DNA from: Macrostomum hystrix | Taxonomy: Eukaryota > Animalia > Platyhelminthes | Direction: 5' to 3' | DNA: 64,000 nucleotides | Assembly (NCBI GenBank): GCA_950097015.1 | Contig: CATNEN010000025.1 | Location: forward strand, 6,200,001-6,264,000 | Part shown: one piece after another, positions 25,478 to 37,822 of the stretch | How positions within the stretch are numbered: the first letter of the stretch is position 1 | Layout: each line of letters starts with the position of its first letter | Translations under genes and position numbers: made by a program | The notes under the pieces: model-generated | What the model saw: the letters and a program-made list of their open reading frames with translations, nothing else | What the model was told of the DNA's origin: nothing | Database searches by the model: none

Positions 25478-26192
25478 ATGCATCGCCAACTCTGCTTGTT
25501 GCTAAGCCAGCGAGCAACGTTGCTGGTGGTTCTGTTATTAGTTGTGGCGCACGCTCTGCCGCAGCGGCCGTACCTGTTCATGGACCAGACTCGGTCGAAC
25601 TCGGACAATCTAGTTCGATTCGTGTGCTCAGCAGGTCCAGATCTCAGGCTGAGAATTCGCCTGGCCTGCTCAGCGGGACAACCCAGCGGCAGCTCACTCG
25701 CGGGCAGCTGCTTCGAGAACTGCCAGCCGACGCCAAGCTGCATGGCGGATGCCGTGTGCAGCAGTGCGTTGTGCGAGATGCGTTACAGACCCGACCGGCA
25801 AGGCTTTGACATTGGCTATACATTCTTGGGACCGCCGCATAGCATTGCGGGAGTGTATGAGTGCCAGTACCAGAAACTCACTCAGAAACTGCTGGTGCCA
25901 TGGCCTACTACAAGTACTAGCACCACTACGACTACAACTACCACTACTAGTACAACAACAACTGCAACTACAGCTCCACTTACATCATCATCAACAACAG
26001 CAACCGCAACAGTAAGAACTACAACAGTCCCAGCAACTGCAGCTGCAGCCACCATTGGTACAAAGACTTCCACAATATATCCTGCAGTGACGACCAAAAC
26101 GATGTCGACGTCAACCAATCACAGTCAGGGGTCTAGTTCATCGGCTACTGCAGAGGACGATCTCAAACAGTCGCTGCTGAAAACTTTGAGCA
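25478..26192 (+). CDS. Type I membrane protein, exon 1: signal peptide, Ig-like domain, Thr-rich mucin-like stalk
   Basis: Hydrophobic leader LLVVLLLVVAHA; VRFVC...AGVYECQY...QKLLV Ig-like pattern; poly-Thr; phase-1 GTGAGT donor at 26193. Confidence 0.75.
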
Positions 26193-26454
26193 GTGAGTTT
26201 TCGATTGTCGTTATGAAACTTAGCTTACAAAGCGAGGCAACAAACAATACAGGATATCAACTTCACGACAATTAAATATAAACAGTAGAAGACCACGCTA
26301 TTTCGCCTCTAGGGAAAGACACGGGCTATTTCAAATACCCACTGCTACTTCACGATAGCTCCCAAACCGAAACACCGATTTTCGTGAAAGTCCACCACCT
26401 AATTCAAAATATTCCACCCTTTACGATGAACTAATTTCAAAGCTCTCAAAAGGC

Positions 26455-27570
26455 GAGTTGAGAAGCTATCAAAATGAGAATTGGCTAGTTGAGAAGCTAT
26501 CAAAATGAGAATTAGCTAGTTGAGAAGCTATCAAAATGAGAATTGGCAAGTTGAGAAGCTATCAAAATGAGAATCGGCGAGTTGAGAAGCTATCAAAATG
26601 AGAATCAGCAAGTTGAGAAGCTATCAAAATGAGAATCGGCGAGTTGAGAAGCTATCAAAATGAGAATTGGCAAGTTGAGAAGCTATCAAAATGAGAATTG
26701 GCGAGTTGAGAAGCTATAAAATGAGAATTAGCTAGTTGAGAAGCTATAAAAATGAGAATTGGCGAGTTGAGAAGCTATCAAAATGAGAATTAGCTAGTTG
26801 AGAAGCTATCAAAATGAGAATTAGCTAGTTGAGAAGCTATCAAAATGAGAATTAGCTAGTTGAGAAGCTATCAAAATGAGAATTAGCTAGTTGAGAAGCT
26901 ATCAAAATGAGAATTAGCTAGTTGAGAAGCTATCAAAATGAGAATTAGCTAGTTGAGAAGCTATCAAAATGAGAATTAGCGAGTTGAGAAGCTATCAAAA
27001 TGAGAATTGGCTAGTTGAGAAGCTATAAAATGAGAATTAGCTAGTTGAGAAGCTATCAAAATGAGAATTAGCTAGTTGAGAAGCTATCAAAATGAGAATT
27101 AGCTAGTTGAGAAGCTATCAAAATGAGAATTAGCTAGTTGAGAAGCTATCAAAATGAAAATTGGTGAGTTGAGAAGCCTTCAATATAAGAATTGGCTAGT
27201 TGAGAAGCCTTCAATATAAGAATTGGCGAGTTGAGAAGCTTTCAATATAAGAATTAGCTAGTTGAGAAGCTATCGAAATTAGAATTGGCGAGTTAAGAAG
27301 CCTTCAAAATGAGAATTGGCGAGTCGAGAGGCCTTCGAAATGAGAATTGGCGAGCCGAGAGGCCTTCGAAATGAGAATTGGCGAGTCGAGAGGCCTTCGA
27401 AATGAGAATTGGCGAGTTGAGAAGCCTTCGATGAGAATTGGCGAGTCGAGAAGCCTTCAAAATGAGAATTGGCGAGTTGAGAAGCCTTCAAAATGAGAAT
27501 TGGCGAGTTGAGAAGCTATCAAAATGAGAATTGGCGAGTTGAGAAGCCTTCAAAATGAGAATTGGCGAGT
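26455..27570. repeat. 31-bp minisatellite (GTTGAGAAGCTATCAAAATGAGAATTGGCGA), intronic array 1
   Basis: Tandem units that drift toward the 3' end (gccttc variants). Confidence 0.96.
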
Positions 27571-27867
27571 CGTCCGACGTCAGCATCGTCAAGATAATCA
27601 GCGATTCGTATCGTATCATTTGTGACAGGGACAAATGACATTGCTCTGCATAAACCTATTTGGCGAATCCATATTGTTTCAAAAGGTATAAATAATATAA
27701 CCATACAATTTGGTCAGCACTAATAGTGGACATGGTTATATTATGCATTTTTGTGTTTCTTTGCCACCTGCAGACACCCCGTAGTCTTTCTACTGCTAAT
27801 TGAGTAAGTGATCTACCTAATCGACAAGTAGTACATTGCTTACTATTTCATATCCAATTCATTTCAG

Positions 27868-27957
27868 ACCCAATCGTCATCATAGTTCTGGCGGCAATTC
27901 TGGTCGTCTCTACTGTCGTCATTCTGGTATTGATTATTCGGCTGACGCGACTTAGCA
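27868..27957 (+). CDS. Transmembrane exon of the Ig/mucin membrane protein
   Basis: atttcag acceptor, GTAAGA donor, 90 nt, phase 1-1; encodes PIVIIVLAAILVVSTVVILVLIIRLTRLS (TM plus basic stop-transfer). Confidence 0.75.
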
Positions 27958-28627
27958 GTAAGATATTTTCTAAGCCAATGAATATGTATAGGATGCAATG
28001 CAATTATGCAACATCAGACAAGTGAGAAAGCTACTCTTAAACTTTAGTCGCATCCCTTTAAATCGACAACCACGAAAATCATTAGATTCACGAAGCGAAA
28101 ATAGCCTATTCTCAAAGTATACTCAGGATTGCGTCTAATTTATAAACTGTCAGGCGAACTTTGAACGCCCGGCGTCATTCTCAGAGAATTGTGCAGGCAA
28201 TGTGGCTCTGAGACACATTGCGGGGCGGTGTGGAGACTGATAACGCATTGATTTCTTATCCTTTTATGTCGTCTTGTCTGTCTCCCACAGCTGTGTTCTT
28301 TCTATATCTATTCTCTCCCCGCCTACTCTAAAAGTCAGTGCTTACCTCAATTGGCTAGCTGGCAAAATACGCATTTAGAAAGCGGCATGTGCCCACATAG
28401 ATTGCTCATTCAACCGTGTCCTCAAAATGTTTTTTTCATGTTTAATGATTAACCGTGCAGCATTTTTCTCAAGGTTGGCTTGAGTTACAAGTTCCACTGC
28501 TAGTGACTTCAACTGCCTTTGGTCTGCTAAACTCACAGTCAAATAAGTAATATTTGAGCTCATTGATTCAAATGAGTATAGACAATTAAAAACCTTGCAA
28601 ATCAGTCAAGCCTTTGATTAAAGTGGG

Positions 28628-29270
28628 TGAGCTAGGAAGCTATCCTAATGAGAATCGGCGAGTTGAGAAGCTATCCTAATGAGAATCGGCGAGTTGAGAA
28701 GCTATCAAAATGAGAATCGGCGAGTTGAGAAGCTATCCTAATGAGAATCGGCGAGTTGAGAAGCTATCAAAATGAGAATTGGCGAGTTGAGAAGCTATCC
28801 TAATGAGAATTGGCAAGTTGAGAAGCTATCAAAATGAGAATTGGCGAGTTGAGAAGCTATCAAAATGAGAATTGGCGAGTTGAGAAGCTATCAAAATGAG
28901 AATCGGCGAGTTGAGAAGCTATCCTAATGAGAATTGGCGAGTTCAGAAGCTATCCTAATGAGAATCGGCGAGTTGAGAAGCTATCAAAATGAGAATTAGC
29001 TAGTTGAGAAGCTATCAAATGAGAATTGGCGAGTTGAGAAGCTATCAAAATGAGAATTGGCGAGTTGAGAAGCTATCAAAATGAGAATTGGCGAGTTGAG
29101 AAGCTATCAAAATGAGAATTGGCGAGTTGAGAAGCTATCCTAATGAGAATTGGCGAGTTGAGGAGCTATCAAAATGAGAATTGGCGAGTTGAGAAGCTAT
29201 CAAAATGAGAATCGGCGAGTTGAGAAGCTATCAAAATGAGAATTGGCGAGTTGAGGAGCTTTCAAAGTGA
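28628..29270. repeat. 31-bp minisatellite, same family, intronic array 2
   Basis: Same unit as 26455-27570, on the other side of the TM exon. Confidence 0.96.
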
Positions 29271-30365
29271 TATTCGGCGCCTTCTAATAACCCAGAAGTT
29301 TTCTAATTAGATGCAAGGCATGCCTTAAAATGATAATCTTCGAGCTGTTAATAAATCCACTAATCTTAACGAATGCCTTGATCGATTAGTTAAGAAGCCT
29401 TGAAATTAGAATCGGTTGAACTAAAAAATATAAAACTAGTGTTAAAAGTTGAACCTTTCAAGAAAAAAGGAACACGTGGAACACTCCTTGGTGCAAACTC
29501 GCTCAATTGATTACAACTGACACTGCTTGGGAAGCTGCCATCAGGCCTCTTGACCCTTGATCGGCAGTAAAAAACTACCCCAATTCGGAATTCGGCTAGC
29601 AACTGTCATCGCAGTTCCGTGTGGTACAAAAGAAAAAGACAGGGAAGCAGCACCCTCATCCCATCCAGGCAAGTTGCTTGCAACATGCGACACACCGGCA
29701 ACTGTTTCTGACCGAGGCCTTCTCTCTCAGTTTCTTAAATTATTCTTGGCCAACAACGCGAATCGAACAAATCAACGCTGCTACGGAGGGGACGCAGCGG
29801 GAGCTATGACAGATGAAGAGCTCTGCATGGAAGGCTTGTAGGCCCTGGACGGTTTCTCGCATCAGCTACCAAAGCTCTGCCCGATGGAATGCCGAATTCC
29901 TTGTACCGACGTCACATGCAGCTTCGGGCGATAGAATGCCGAGAAACCGACCGCCGCGCGCTCCTGATGACCTTAACGCTCCAATCGAAGTTATTTCTGA
30001 AAACGAGGATAGAAAAGAGGAAAAGAGAATGTGCATGGCAAACTTCGCTCTGGTCTCAACTTTAAGTATTGCGTCATTATAGCTTTCAGCTTTCTCAATC
30101 AATTTCCTGTATTTTTCACGGCACTTTTGCCACACGACAGACTCCCCAACAGAGCCTTGCTGCTTAAAGTACATGCTGCTTAAAACACACACACACAGTC
30201 TTATTCTTTCTGACATTAACTCAAACAGACAGCGTTGAATTTAATACTGACATCTAACATTTAAGTTCGCAGCACTGGCTACACCTAAAGAAACTTTTAG
30301 GTGCATGCACTTTTCAGCATCGTATCCGCCCAACGTTCATGAATAGTATCCTCAAAATCCCACAG

Positions 30366-30652
30366 GAGCAGCCCGTGAAAACGTCTCTGGTAGTGCTCAA
30401 GACCGACTCGGCTCTTCTCAGAAGTTCGATGCTTACGAAGGCAACTACTACGTGGAGCATGTTCTGCCGCCAGATCAGGAGAGCACCTACGCCGATTTGA
30501 CGGACATCGAGGCGCCTCAGCAGCCAGAAGCGTCAGACGACGGTGAAGTGTCGCTGAGCGAGGAGGCCTCTGTCCGGCAGCCGTTGCGGTTTCCACCGGC
30601 TTCGCGGCCGTGCCGAGCTCTTCCCGACCCCCTCATGGAGGAGTCTGTGTGA
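30366..30652 (+). CDS. Probable last (cytoplasmic) exon of the Ig/mucin membrane protein
   Basis: cccacag acceptor, phase 1 (compatible with the TM exon); AARENVSGS...DAYEGNYYVEHV...STYADL...EESV*; GC-rich codon usage. Further exons at 29.7-30.1 kb are possible. Confidence 0.6.
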
Positions 30653-31797
30653 GCAGTCTGACGCGATTCTGAGCAATAGGATGGGATTGCTAAGCAGGTG
30701 GACCGTAAGACTAGGCCAGATTCTCGACTATGGTACATGCGGTGGTGTGGTAAATGGGTAGTAAGCGTGTGGTAATGTCGGGACTGTGATGACTATCACA
30801 CGCAATGACTGCTGCATTTACTTATTTAGTCGAATGTAGGTGTGTTTGACGAAGTTTGCCAAACGATGTCTCACAGGTCTTCACTCGCTTAAAAAATGAT
30901 TGATTGACTGATTGTATTCTGGTGTCTAGCCAATGAGAGCCGAGAAATTCTGGATGTGGAGTGAGGTTGGCTGGTAGCCGTGAGTGCCAACTGGTCTGTG
31001 GCGTGAGGTGGTTGCTCTGAATGTACACTGAATGTACGCGCACATTGAGTCTCTAACCAATTGCGGAGAATTCGAGTTTCAGAGCCGACTTTAAGAGTTT
31101 TGTGCTTTTGCAATTTAAAAGTATTAACAAATGACTTATTTTATCACTACTGAAATGCAATGTTAAGCTTTGTTTAAGCCCCACCATTTATTCCTGTATT
31201 CGACCCGCGCGTGATAAAATGCATTCTTGTCGTGCCTCTTCACATTTAGTCTCTATTTTGTTCAATTAGCTGGCAATGGTACAGAAAGACATAGTTTTTT
31301 CATCCTCGAAGCTTAAATGGCGAGTTTTTTTAGTTCAACTACTTATTGTTATAAGTAGTATGAGGAAGACATTCATTTTCGCGCCTAGTTTTTTAATTGT
31401 TGAGGCAAATCGTAAAGTGTGCACAAGCAACACTCACATCTGTTTCCGGTGGTCTCACAGCGAAAACAAGTTTATTTTTTTACCAGGAAAAAATCCTATT
31501 TTTGTTTTGGTTCGAATCGCCATATAAAAACCTACGCTCGTAAATACTCGTAGTTTTATGTATTGTTGAAAAGGGTTAAAAAAGGCTTTGATCTCATGTA
31601 AAATTGCTGTCATAATCAATTCGCTCCAATTGTCCGATAAATTTCATTTGTGCCATCAGTCATTTCAGCGAAACTTGCTCACAAATGTAATACTTTGCGA
31701 CTGCTTCACTATGCTATAGCATATGGCTCTTGAACATCTGACTTCAACTGGAAATTGGATGAGAACTCTGCTTTTCTGTCTGCTCTCTTGATGGAAA

Positions 31798-31940
31798 TTA
31801 CAGACAGTTCAGTAACAGACAGTTCAGTAACAGACAGTTCAGTAACAGACAGTTCAGTAACAGACAGCTCAGGGACACACAGTTCAGTAACAGACAGTTC
31901 AGTAACAGAAGTTCTGTAACAGACAGCTCAGTAACAGATT
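31798..31940. repeat. 15-bp short tandem repeat (CAGACAGTTCAGTAA)
   Basis: About 9 copies, degenerate at the right end. Confidence 0.9.
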
Positions 31941-33780
31941 CGTCAGAAAGGGTTGATCGGCGTGACTTGCAGAGAATAGAAAAAGTAAAAATTAGGAAAA
32001 GCAGTATATACGCAACGCATTTAGGTAAAAAATGTGATTGCAATAGCTAATTACAATGAAACACTGACTCCACATAGATTTATTAGCTGTACTTGCACGT
32101 AGTTTGGGTAAGACACAGACCGCTGAGGTCTTGGGTGTCGTGTGATTTATTCAAAGGGAATATAAAGCGAAAAATGCAAGTTAAGCATGCAGGGAATTGA
32201 GATTTGTGTTCGTCGCTGGCAAAACCTTTGGCCGCTAAATCAGCTACTATTGTGCTCACTGGGCCAATGCAACTGAAGAGGAAGTGAAACTTCACAGAAA
32301 TCCCAGTCATGCCATGGGGAGACATCTTTTCCATAAAAGCGTCCTCTGTGTGTGTCTATGCAGTGTTTTTTGTAAGGCCGTTTTCAACGGAAGATCGGGG
32401 TGCCCCCTTTGACGAATAAGGAAGCTACAGAAAAGCAAGAAATCAGTACAGTAAGTGACTTGCACTACAATAAAAGCTTGCAGTAGCTGCGTCATTAAAG
32501 CAACATATGTACTATTATTTTAGGCAGTTTGGTGGTAGCTTAGTATCCGAGTTGCTGGATAATCAGTTTCACTTGGATATTCTGAATGAATTAATTAATC
32601 CTACAAGTTACTGAGCTGTAAAAATAGTTTTACATGGGCTATGACAACAGTCAATAGTCATAAATCCAAATTATAAAAAGAACTATTATAGCTCCTACTA
32701 ATAGAAACACTCATTAGTTACACGAACACGGTTTTATAAAAGGCAAGAATTGCATCAGTCCATGCAGAGCAAGTGCCATATGCTTTCAGTTATCATCTTG
32801 AAGTGCTTGTAGAATTACTTTGCAATGGAATTTTTGTTTAATCGTTTGGTTAAATGTAACAACAGTGATTAGTTGTCATCTGGAACTGACTTGAATCAAT
32901 TGATATTATCGTTGTAGAAAATTCCTTGTCGAAGGCGCCGTCGACTTCTGGAAGACAGCAAGCAGATCAATAATTTAATAATAAAATAATATTAATAATT
33001 GCAGGCTGGCTCTGGTCTGCCATTCCCCTGACCTTTAGGTTAAGACAGCGAGAGAACTTTAGCTAGAGACGTGGGAAATAAGAAATTTGAGACAGACAAG
33101 AGGTACAAGAGGAACTATTTAATTAATGGACAATGCGCATGAGTAAATTAGAATTTCTGTAGCCAGTTGCAACTGGAGTATTGGCCCCTCAGCGTATCGA
33201 AACTTGTTCACTAAATGGGTACGACTAGGGGTTACACCCTGCTTAATCATAGACTGCAGATGGGACTGACGTCTTTGATAGACCTTGTATCGATGTACTT
33301 TTGCCTAGTATGTATTTTGTCAGTTCTACACAACACTCAGCATGGGAAATATTGCACACGAGGAGGGAGATAATTGGAGAGAATGAGCTAAAGAATAGTT
33401 TGAATAGGGAAGGAAATAGGATAGAATTACAGTTTCGACCATAGACTATATACAGAATTCAGAGCGAAACAAGCCAGTTTCAACCATCTCGCCAATCTGG
33501 ATTATAAAACATATGATCTTCCTGTCTGCTAAGGAAGCAAAACAGTTTTGGCCATAGACCATCGCGACATAGGGTGATTAATCGTGGGTAGAAAAGTCTC
33601 ATGGGTATAATGCATGTCGGCGAGCTGAGAATCATCGTCGAAAAGAGATTCAACGAAGTGCACGTACCGTATGTGTAAGCAAAGTTGAATGAGCCTACAA
33701 AACCGTTGTTGCATCGATAACAGTATCTGGATGATATAAGTACAATGGCCACTCAGCTGGAGTACTCACTGAATCAGGAC

Positions 33781-34371
33781 TTAGGCCAGAATCTGCTGCT
33801 TCAAGTGGGTCAAACTCTGTCCCTGGTTTGGCGGCTTCAAGCCTTGCCCATCTGCTTCGTCGGTGCCCGGGTCAAAGACTGCATCGTTGAGCCTGCTAGA
33901 GTCGCTGTCTTTAACTGTGTCTTCATCGTCTAGAAGGACATCCGGCTCTGAGTTCCAACTGACCAGCGGGCCGCGCACGCTAGCCGGTGGCAGGGCGTCG
34001 TCAACGAAGGTCTCGGGCAGGTTGTCGACCAGGTCGAATACAAACTGACGCCGCTCGGATTTCGTTGACGACTGCGAGTCGAAGCTGTCGGCTCGGAAGC
34101 TCACCCGGCAGCTGTCGTGGTGGCGACCCAGCCGACGGCCGCCTTCGTCCTGGATCAGATGGAGATAACGCAGCACCAGCTCCTCGCTGTCGATCTTGGC
34201 CTTCTCGGCGTAGCTGTCTGCATCAGCGGCCACCAATGCGGGCATCGCTTTCGAGTCTGTTGCCGACGCTGCCACAGTAGGGTCCACCTTGGCGCCATTG
34301 TTGGAGTGAATCGAGAATCGCCTGTTGCCCCTGTAGTCAACGCCCTTGTGACAGCTGAACAGGTGGCCCAT
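33781..34371 (-). CDS. Hypothetical 196-aa protein with an N-terminal myristoylation-type motif (MGHLFSC)
   Basis: GC-rich non-repetitive ORF with ATG start; TATAAAA and GC boxes upstream; no recognisable domain. Confidence 0.62.
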   Translation of the reverse strand: MGHLFSCHKGVDYRGNRRFSIHSNNGAKVDPTVAASATDSKAMPALVAADADSYAEKAKIDSEELVLRYLHLIQDEGGRRLGRHHDSCRVSFRADSFDSQSSTKSERRQFVFDLVDNLPETFVDDALPPASVRGPLVSWNSEPDVLLDDEDTVKDSDSSRLNDAVFDPGTDEADGQGLKPPNQGQSLTHLKQQILA

Positions 34372-34549
34372 TGTTGATGCGACGGATGTTCAGCTTGATT
34401 TATTGCCAAGCTATTTCAGCCCGGCTCAGGGTCATTATGGCTGCTGCTGCTGCTGCTGCTGTTATTGTTTTTGGTTGAAACAAGTCCAGCCGGTTGGGTT
34501 TGCAGGAAGGTCAAAGCACTAATGCGCGCTGGATAGCACGCGGGTGTTG

Positions 34550-34740
34550 TTTTATACGCTCCAATTTTTTTTCTGCCCTCTCTGACACACTTCAACTCGC
34601 TCGTCTGCCAGCCCCGCTCCGAACAGGGCCGCCCGCGTCTGGGAATAAGAAGTGAGAAAAGTGAGAGACAGACGAGAGGTGGGGACGAGAGTGTGGGAAG
34701 GAAAGAGGGGATGGTCTGACACTGGGGCGGAGGCGGGGCT
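34550..34740 (-). promoter_or_regulatory. TATA box (TATAAAA, 34550-34556) and GC boxes upstream of the 34371 ATG
   Basis: TATAAAA about 180 bp upstream on minus; GGGCGGAGGCGGGG near 34726-34739; (CAG)n in the presumptive 5' UTR. Confidence 0.4.
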
Positions 34741-35459
34741 GAAGGGAAGGCGTACGTACACGAATGCACGCGTGTCCGTTGTGTGTGCGTGACCGTAGAC
34801 CCTGACTGTCCATTCCTAGTTGGCAGAGTTGGATGGCATTGAGAAACATGCGATACAATGTGCGCCCGCGTACTGGCTATTATTGGTTTAGTATTGGGCG
34901 GTTAAATACGTTCCGAAGGTTGGACTGCTGCCATAATGGGCTTGATGAAGACTGATCGGTCAAATTAGCAAATATAGCCAGTGTTAGTAATGACTCGAGG
35001 TCGTTCAGGGAGTAAAAAACTAACGCGAGTTAAAGGGAAGCTGCAACACTGACAGGCAGGAGTGTTTCGGCGACTGAGTCAGCGGCTCAATCCGACTGTT
35101 CAGGAAAAAAGGAGTAAGCGCGACTGCTGAGCAACAATAATTAGGAAATTTGATTGGGCACATTCTGTCCTGAAGAAGTCGATGCTGAATTAATTTTCAC
35201 ATTTTTTCTTCAAAGGCGGGGATTAAGCCGCGGATTTCGGCTTGTGAAGGGATTTAGAAAAGTGAACGTGACTGCCTGACAGCGATGGTAATGAGTTGCT
35301 TTGGTTAGGCAGCCCAAATTTGAGTACAAGTGGGGCAGAAACAGAATGAGAAAGAGGGTGAGAACGATGAAATCAGAGTTAATGAGGAAACGAGATAAGG
35401 GCTTGGGAGAAGGGATCAAAAAGATTACTTGGGTGAGGTAGCAATCAAAAGAGATACAG

Positions 35460-37065
35460 GAAAGGAGATGAGAGGAAGATGTTGAAGAGGAGATGGGCGG
35501 GAGGTGTGGGAGAAGAGATGAGAGGAGATGGGAGGGAGGTATGGGAGAGGAGATGGGAGGGAGGGATGGGAGAGGAGATGAGAGGAGATGGGAGGGAGGG
35601 ATGGGAGAGGAGATGAGAGGAGATGGGCGGAAGGTATGGGAGAAGAGATGAGAGGAGATGGGCGGGAGGTGTGGGAGAGGAGATGGGATGAGATGGGAGG
35701 GAGGTATGGAAGAGGAGATAGAGGAGATGGGCGGGAGGTGTGGTAGAGGAGATGAGAGGAGATGGGAGGGAGGTATGGGAGAGGAGATGAGAGGAGATGG
35801 GAGGGAGGGATGGGAGAGGAGATGAGAGGAGATGGGAGGGAGGGATGGGAGAGAGGATGAGAGGAGATGGGAGGGAGGTATGGGAGAGGAGATGAGAGGA
35901 GATGGGAGGGAGGGATGGGAGAGGAGATGAGAGGAGATGGGAGGGAGGGATGGGAGAGGAGATGAGAGGAGATGGGAGGGAGGGATGGGAGAGGAGATGA
36001 GAGGAGATGGGCGGAAGGTATGGGAGAAGAGATGAGAGGAGATGGGCGGGAGGTGTGGGAGAGGAGATGGGATGAGATGGGAGGGAGGTATGGAAGAGGA
36101 GATAGAGGAGATGGGCGGGAGGTGTGGTAGAGGAGATGAGAGGAGATGGGAGGGAGGTATGGGAGAGGAGATGAGAGGAGATGGGAGGGAGGGATGGGAG
36201 AGGAGATGAGAGGAGATGGGAGGGAGGGATGGGAGAGAGGATGAGAGGAGATGGGAGGGAGGTATGGGAGAGGAGATGAGAGGAGATGGGAGGGAGGGAT
36301 GGGAGAGGAGATGAGAGGAGATGGGAGGGAGGGATGGGAGAGGAGATGAGAGGAGATGGGAGGGAGGGATGGGAGAGAGGATGAGAGGAGATGGGAGGGA
36401 GGTATGGGAGAGGAGATAGAGGAGATGGGAGGGAGGGATGAGAGAGGAGATAGAGGAGATGGGAGGGAGGTATGGGAGAGGAGATGAGAGGAGATGGGAG
36501 GGAGGGATGGGAGAGGAGATGAGAGGAGATGGGTGGGAGGTATGGAAGAGGAGATGAGAAGAGATGGGCGGAAGGTATGGGAGAAGAGATGAGAGGAGAT
36601 GGGCGGGAGGTGTGGGAGAGGAGATGGGATGAGATGGGAGGGAGGTATGGAAGAGGAGATAGAGGAGATGGGCGGGAGGTGTGGTAGAGGAGATGAGAGG
36701 AGATGGGCGGAAGGTATGGGAGAAGAGATGAGAGGAGATGGGAGGGAGGTATGGGAGAGGAGATAGAGGAGATGGGAGGTATGGGAGAGGAGATAGAGGA
36801 GATGGGAGGGAGGTATGGGAGAGGAGATAGAGGAGATGGGAGGGAGGTATGGGAGAGGAGATAGAGGAGATGGGAGGGAGGTATGCGAGAAGAGATGAGA
36901 GGAGATGGGAGAGAGGTATGGGAGAGGAGATAGAGGAGATGGGCGGAAGGTATGGGAGAGGAGATGAGAGGAGATGGGCGGAAGGTATGGGAGAAAAGAT
37001 GAGAGGAGATGGGCGGGAGGTGTGGGAGAGGAGATGAGAGGGGATGGGAGGGAGGTATGCGAGAG
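35460..37065. repeat. 35-bp polypurine minisatellite (GGGAGAGGAGATGAGAGGAGATGGGAGGGAGGTAT)
   Basis: G/A-rich tandem units; a variant block recurs near 35626, 36009 and 36566. Confidence 0.95.
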
Positions 37066-37822
37066 GTACGGAACGCGATGAAGATATGGAACGCGATTGA
37101 ATCAGGGATTTAATTTGAAAGTATACCTAGTATTCATTTTGCATCAAATTTTAGCAACTTCATGAAAAGGACGTTAAATATTCATTACCCTCTACTGGGG
37201 TGAGTAGTCTTTCTCTCATATTTTGATTCGAGCTCACTCACCGTAGCTAAGTCGCTTTAAACTCGATTATTTGCGTGATTATAGCATGAATAGATAATTT
37301 GGGATCCAGAATTCGGTCGTCATGCTGGCAGATTACGGCATGGAAATCTGAAAAGGGAAACATATCACCAACCGGCCTGGTCTGCTGGCGAGTTGCCACG
37401 GCTATCAATAAAACAGCGATGGAAATCAGAGCTAGGGTTGGCGGGCAGATGAGCAACTCCTAGGGTTGTGTTCCCACTCTGACCAGACGGCGGAAATTTT
37501 TGTACGCTTCAAGAATTTCTCGAGGAAGAGAAGTTGGGGCGATCTGTTGGGATCACGCGGGGGTATGGGATGAATTTGTCGTAATCCCAGAAACAAGCTG
37601 TTTCAATTAGTTGCGCTTGCACTGACCAGCATGGGAACTGGGCGATTGAGACGGAGACTCGAGTCTGGGATCTGGGCTGCACGCCCCTCTCTGGGCGACA
37701 GAGCACAGCGTTCACAGCGTGTCGAGCAAGCCGAACAAATTGAGATTTATTGGGAAGAAAGCGAAAGAAATTGAAGATCAGTTAAATAAAAAAAATATGG
37801 GAAAAGAGAGAGACGATTCTGT

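Noticed and set aside
19430-29270. CRISPR-like 31-bp repeats
   Set aside because: Pure tandem arrays without spacers.
31505-31522. tRNA T-loop GGTTCGAATC
   Set aside because: No A-box or stems upstream.
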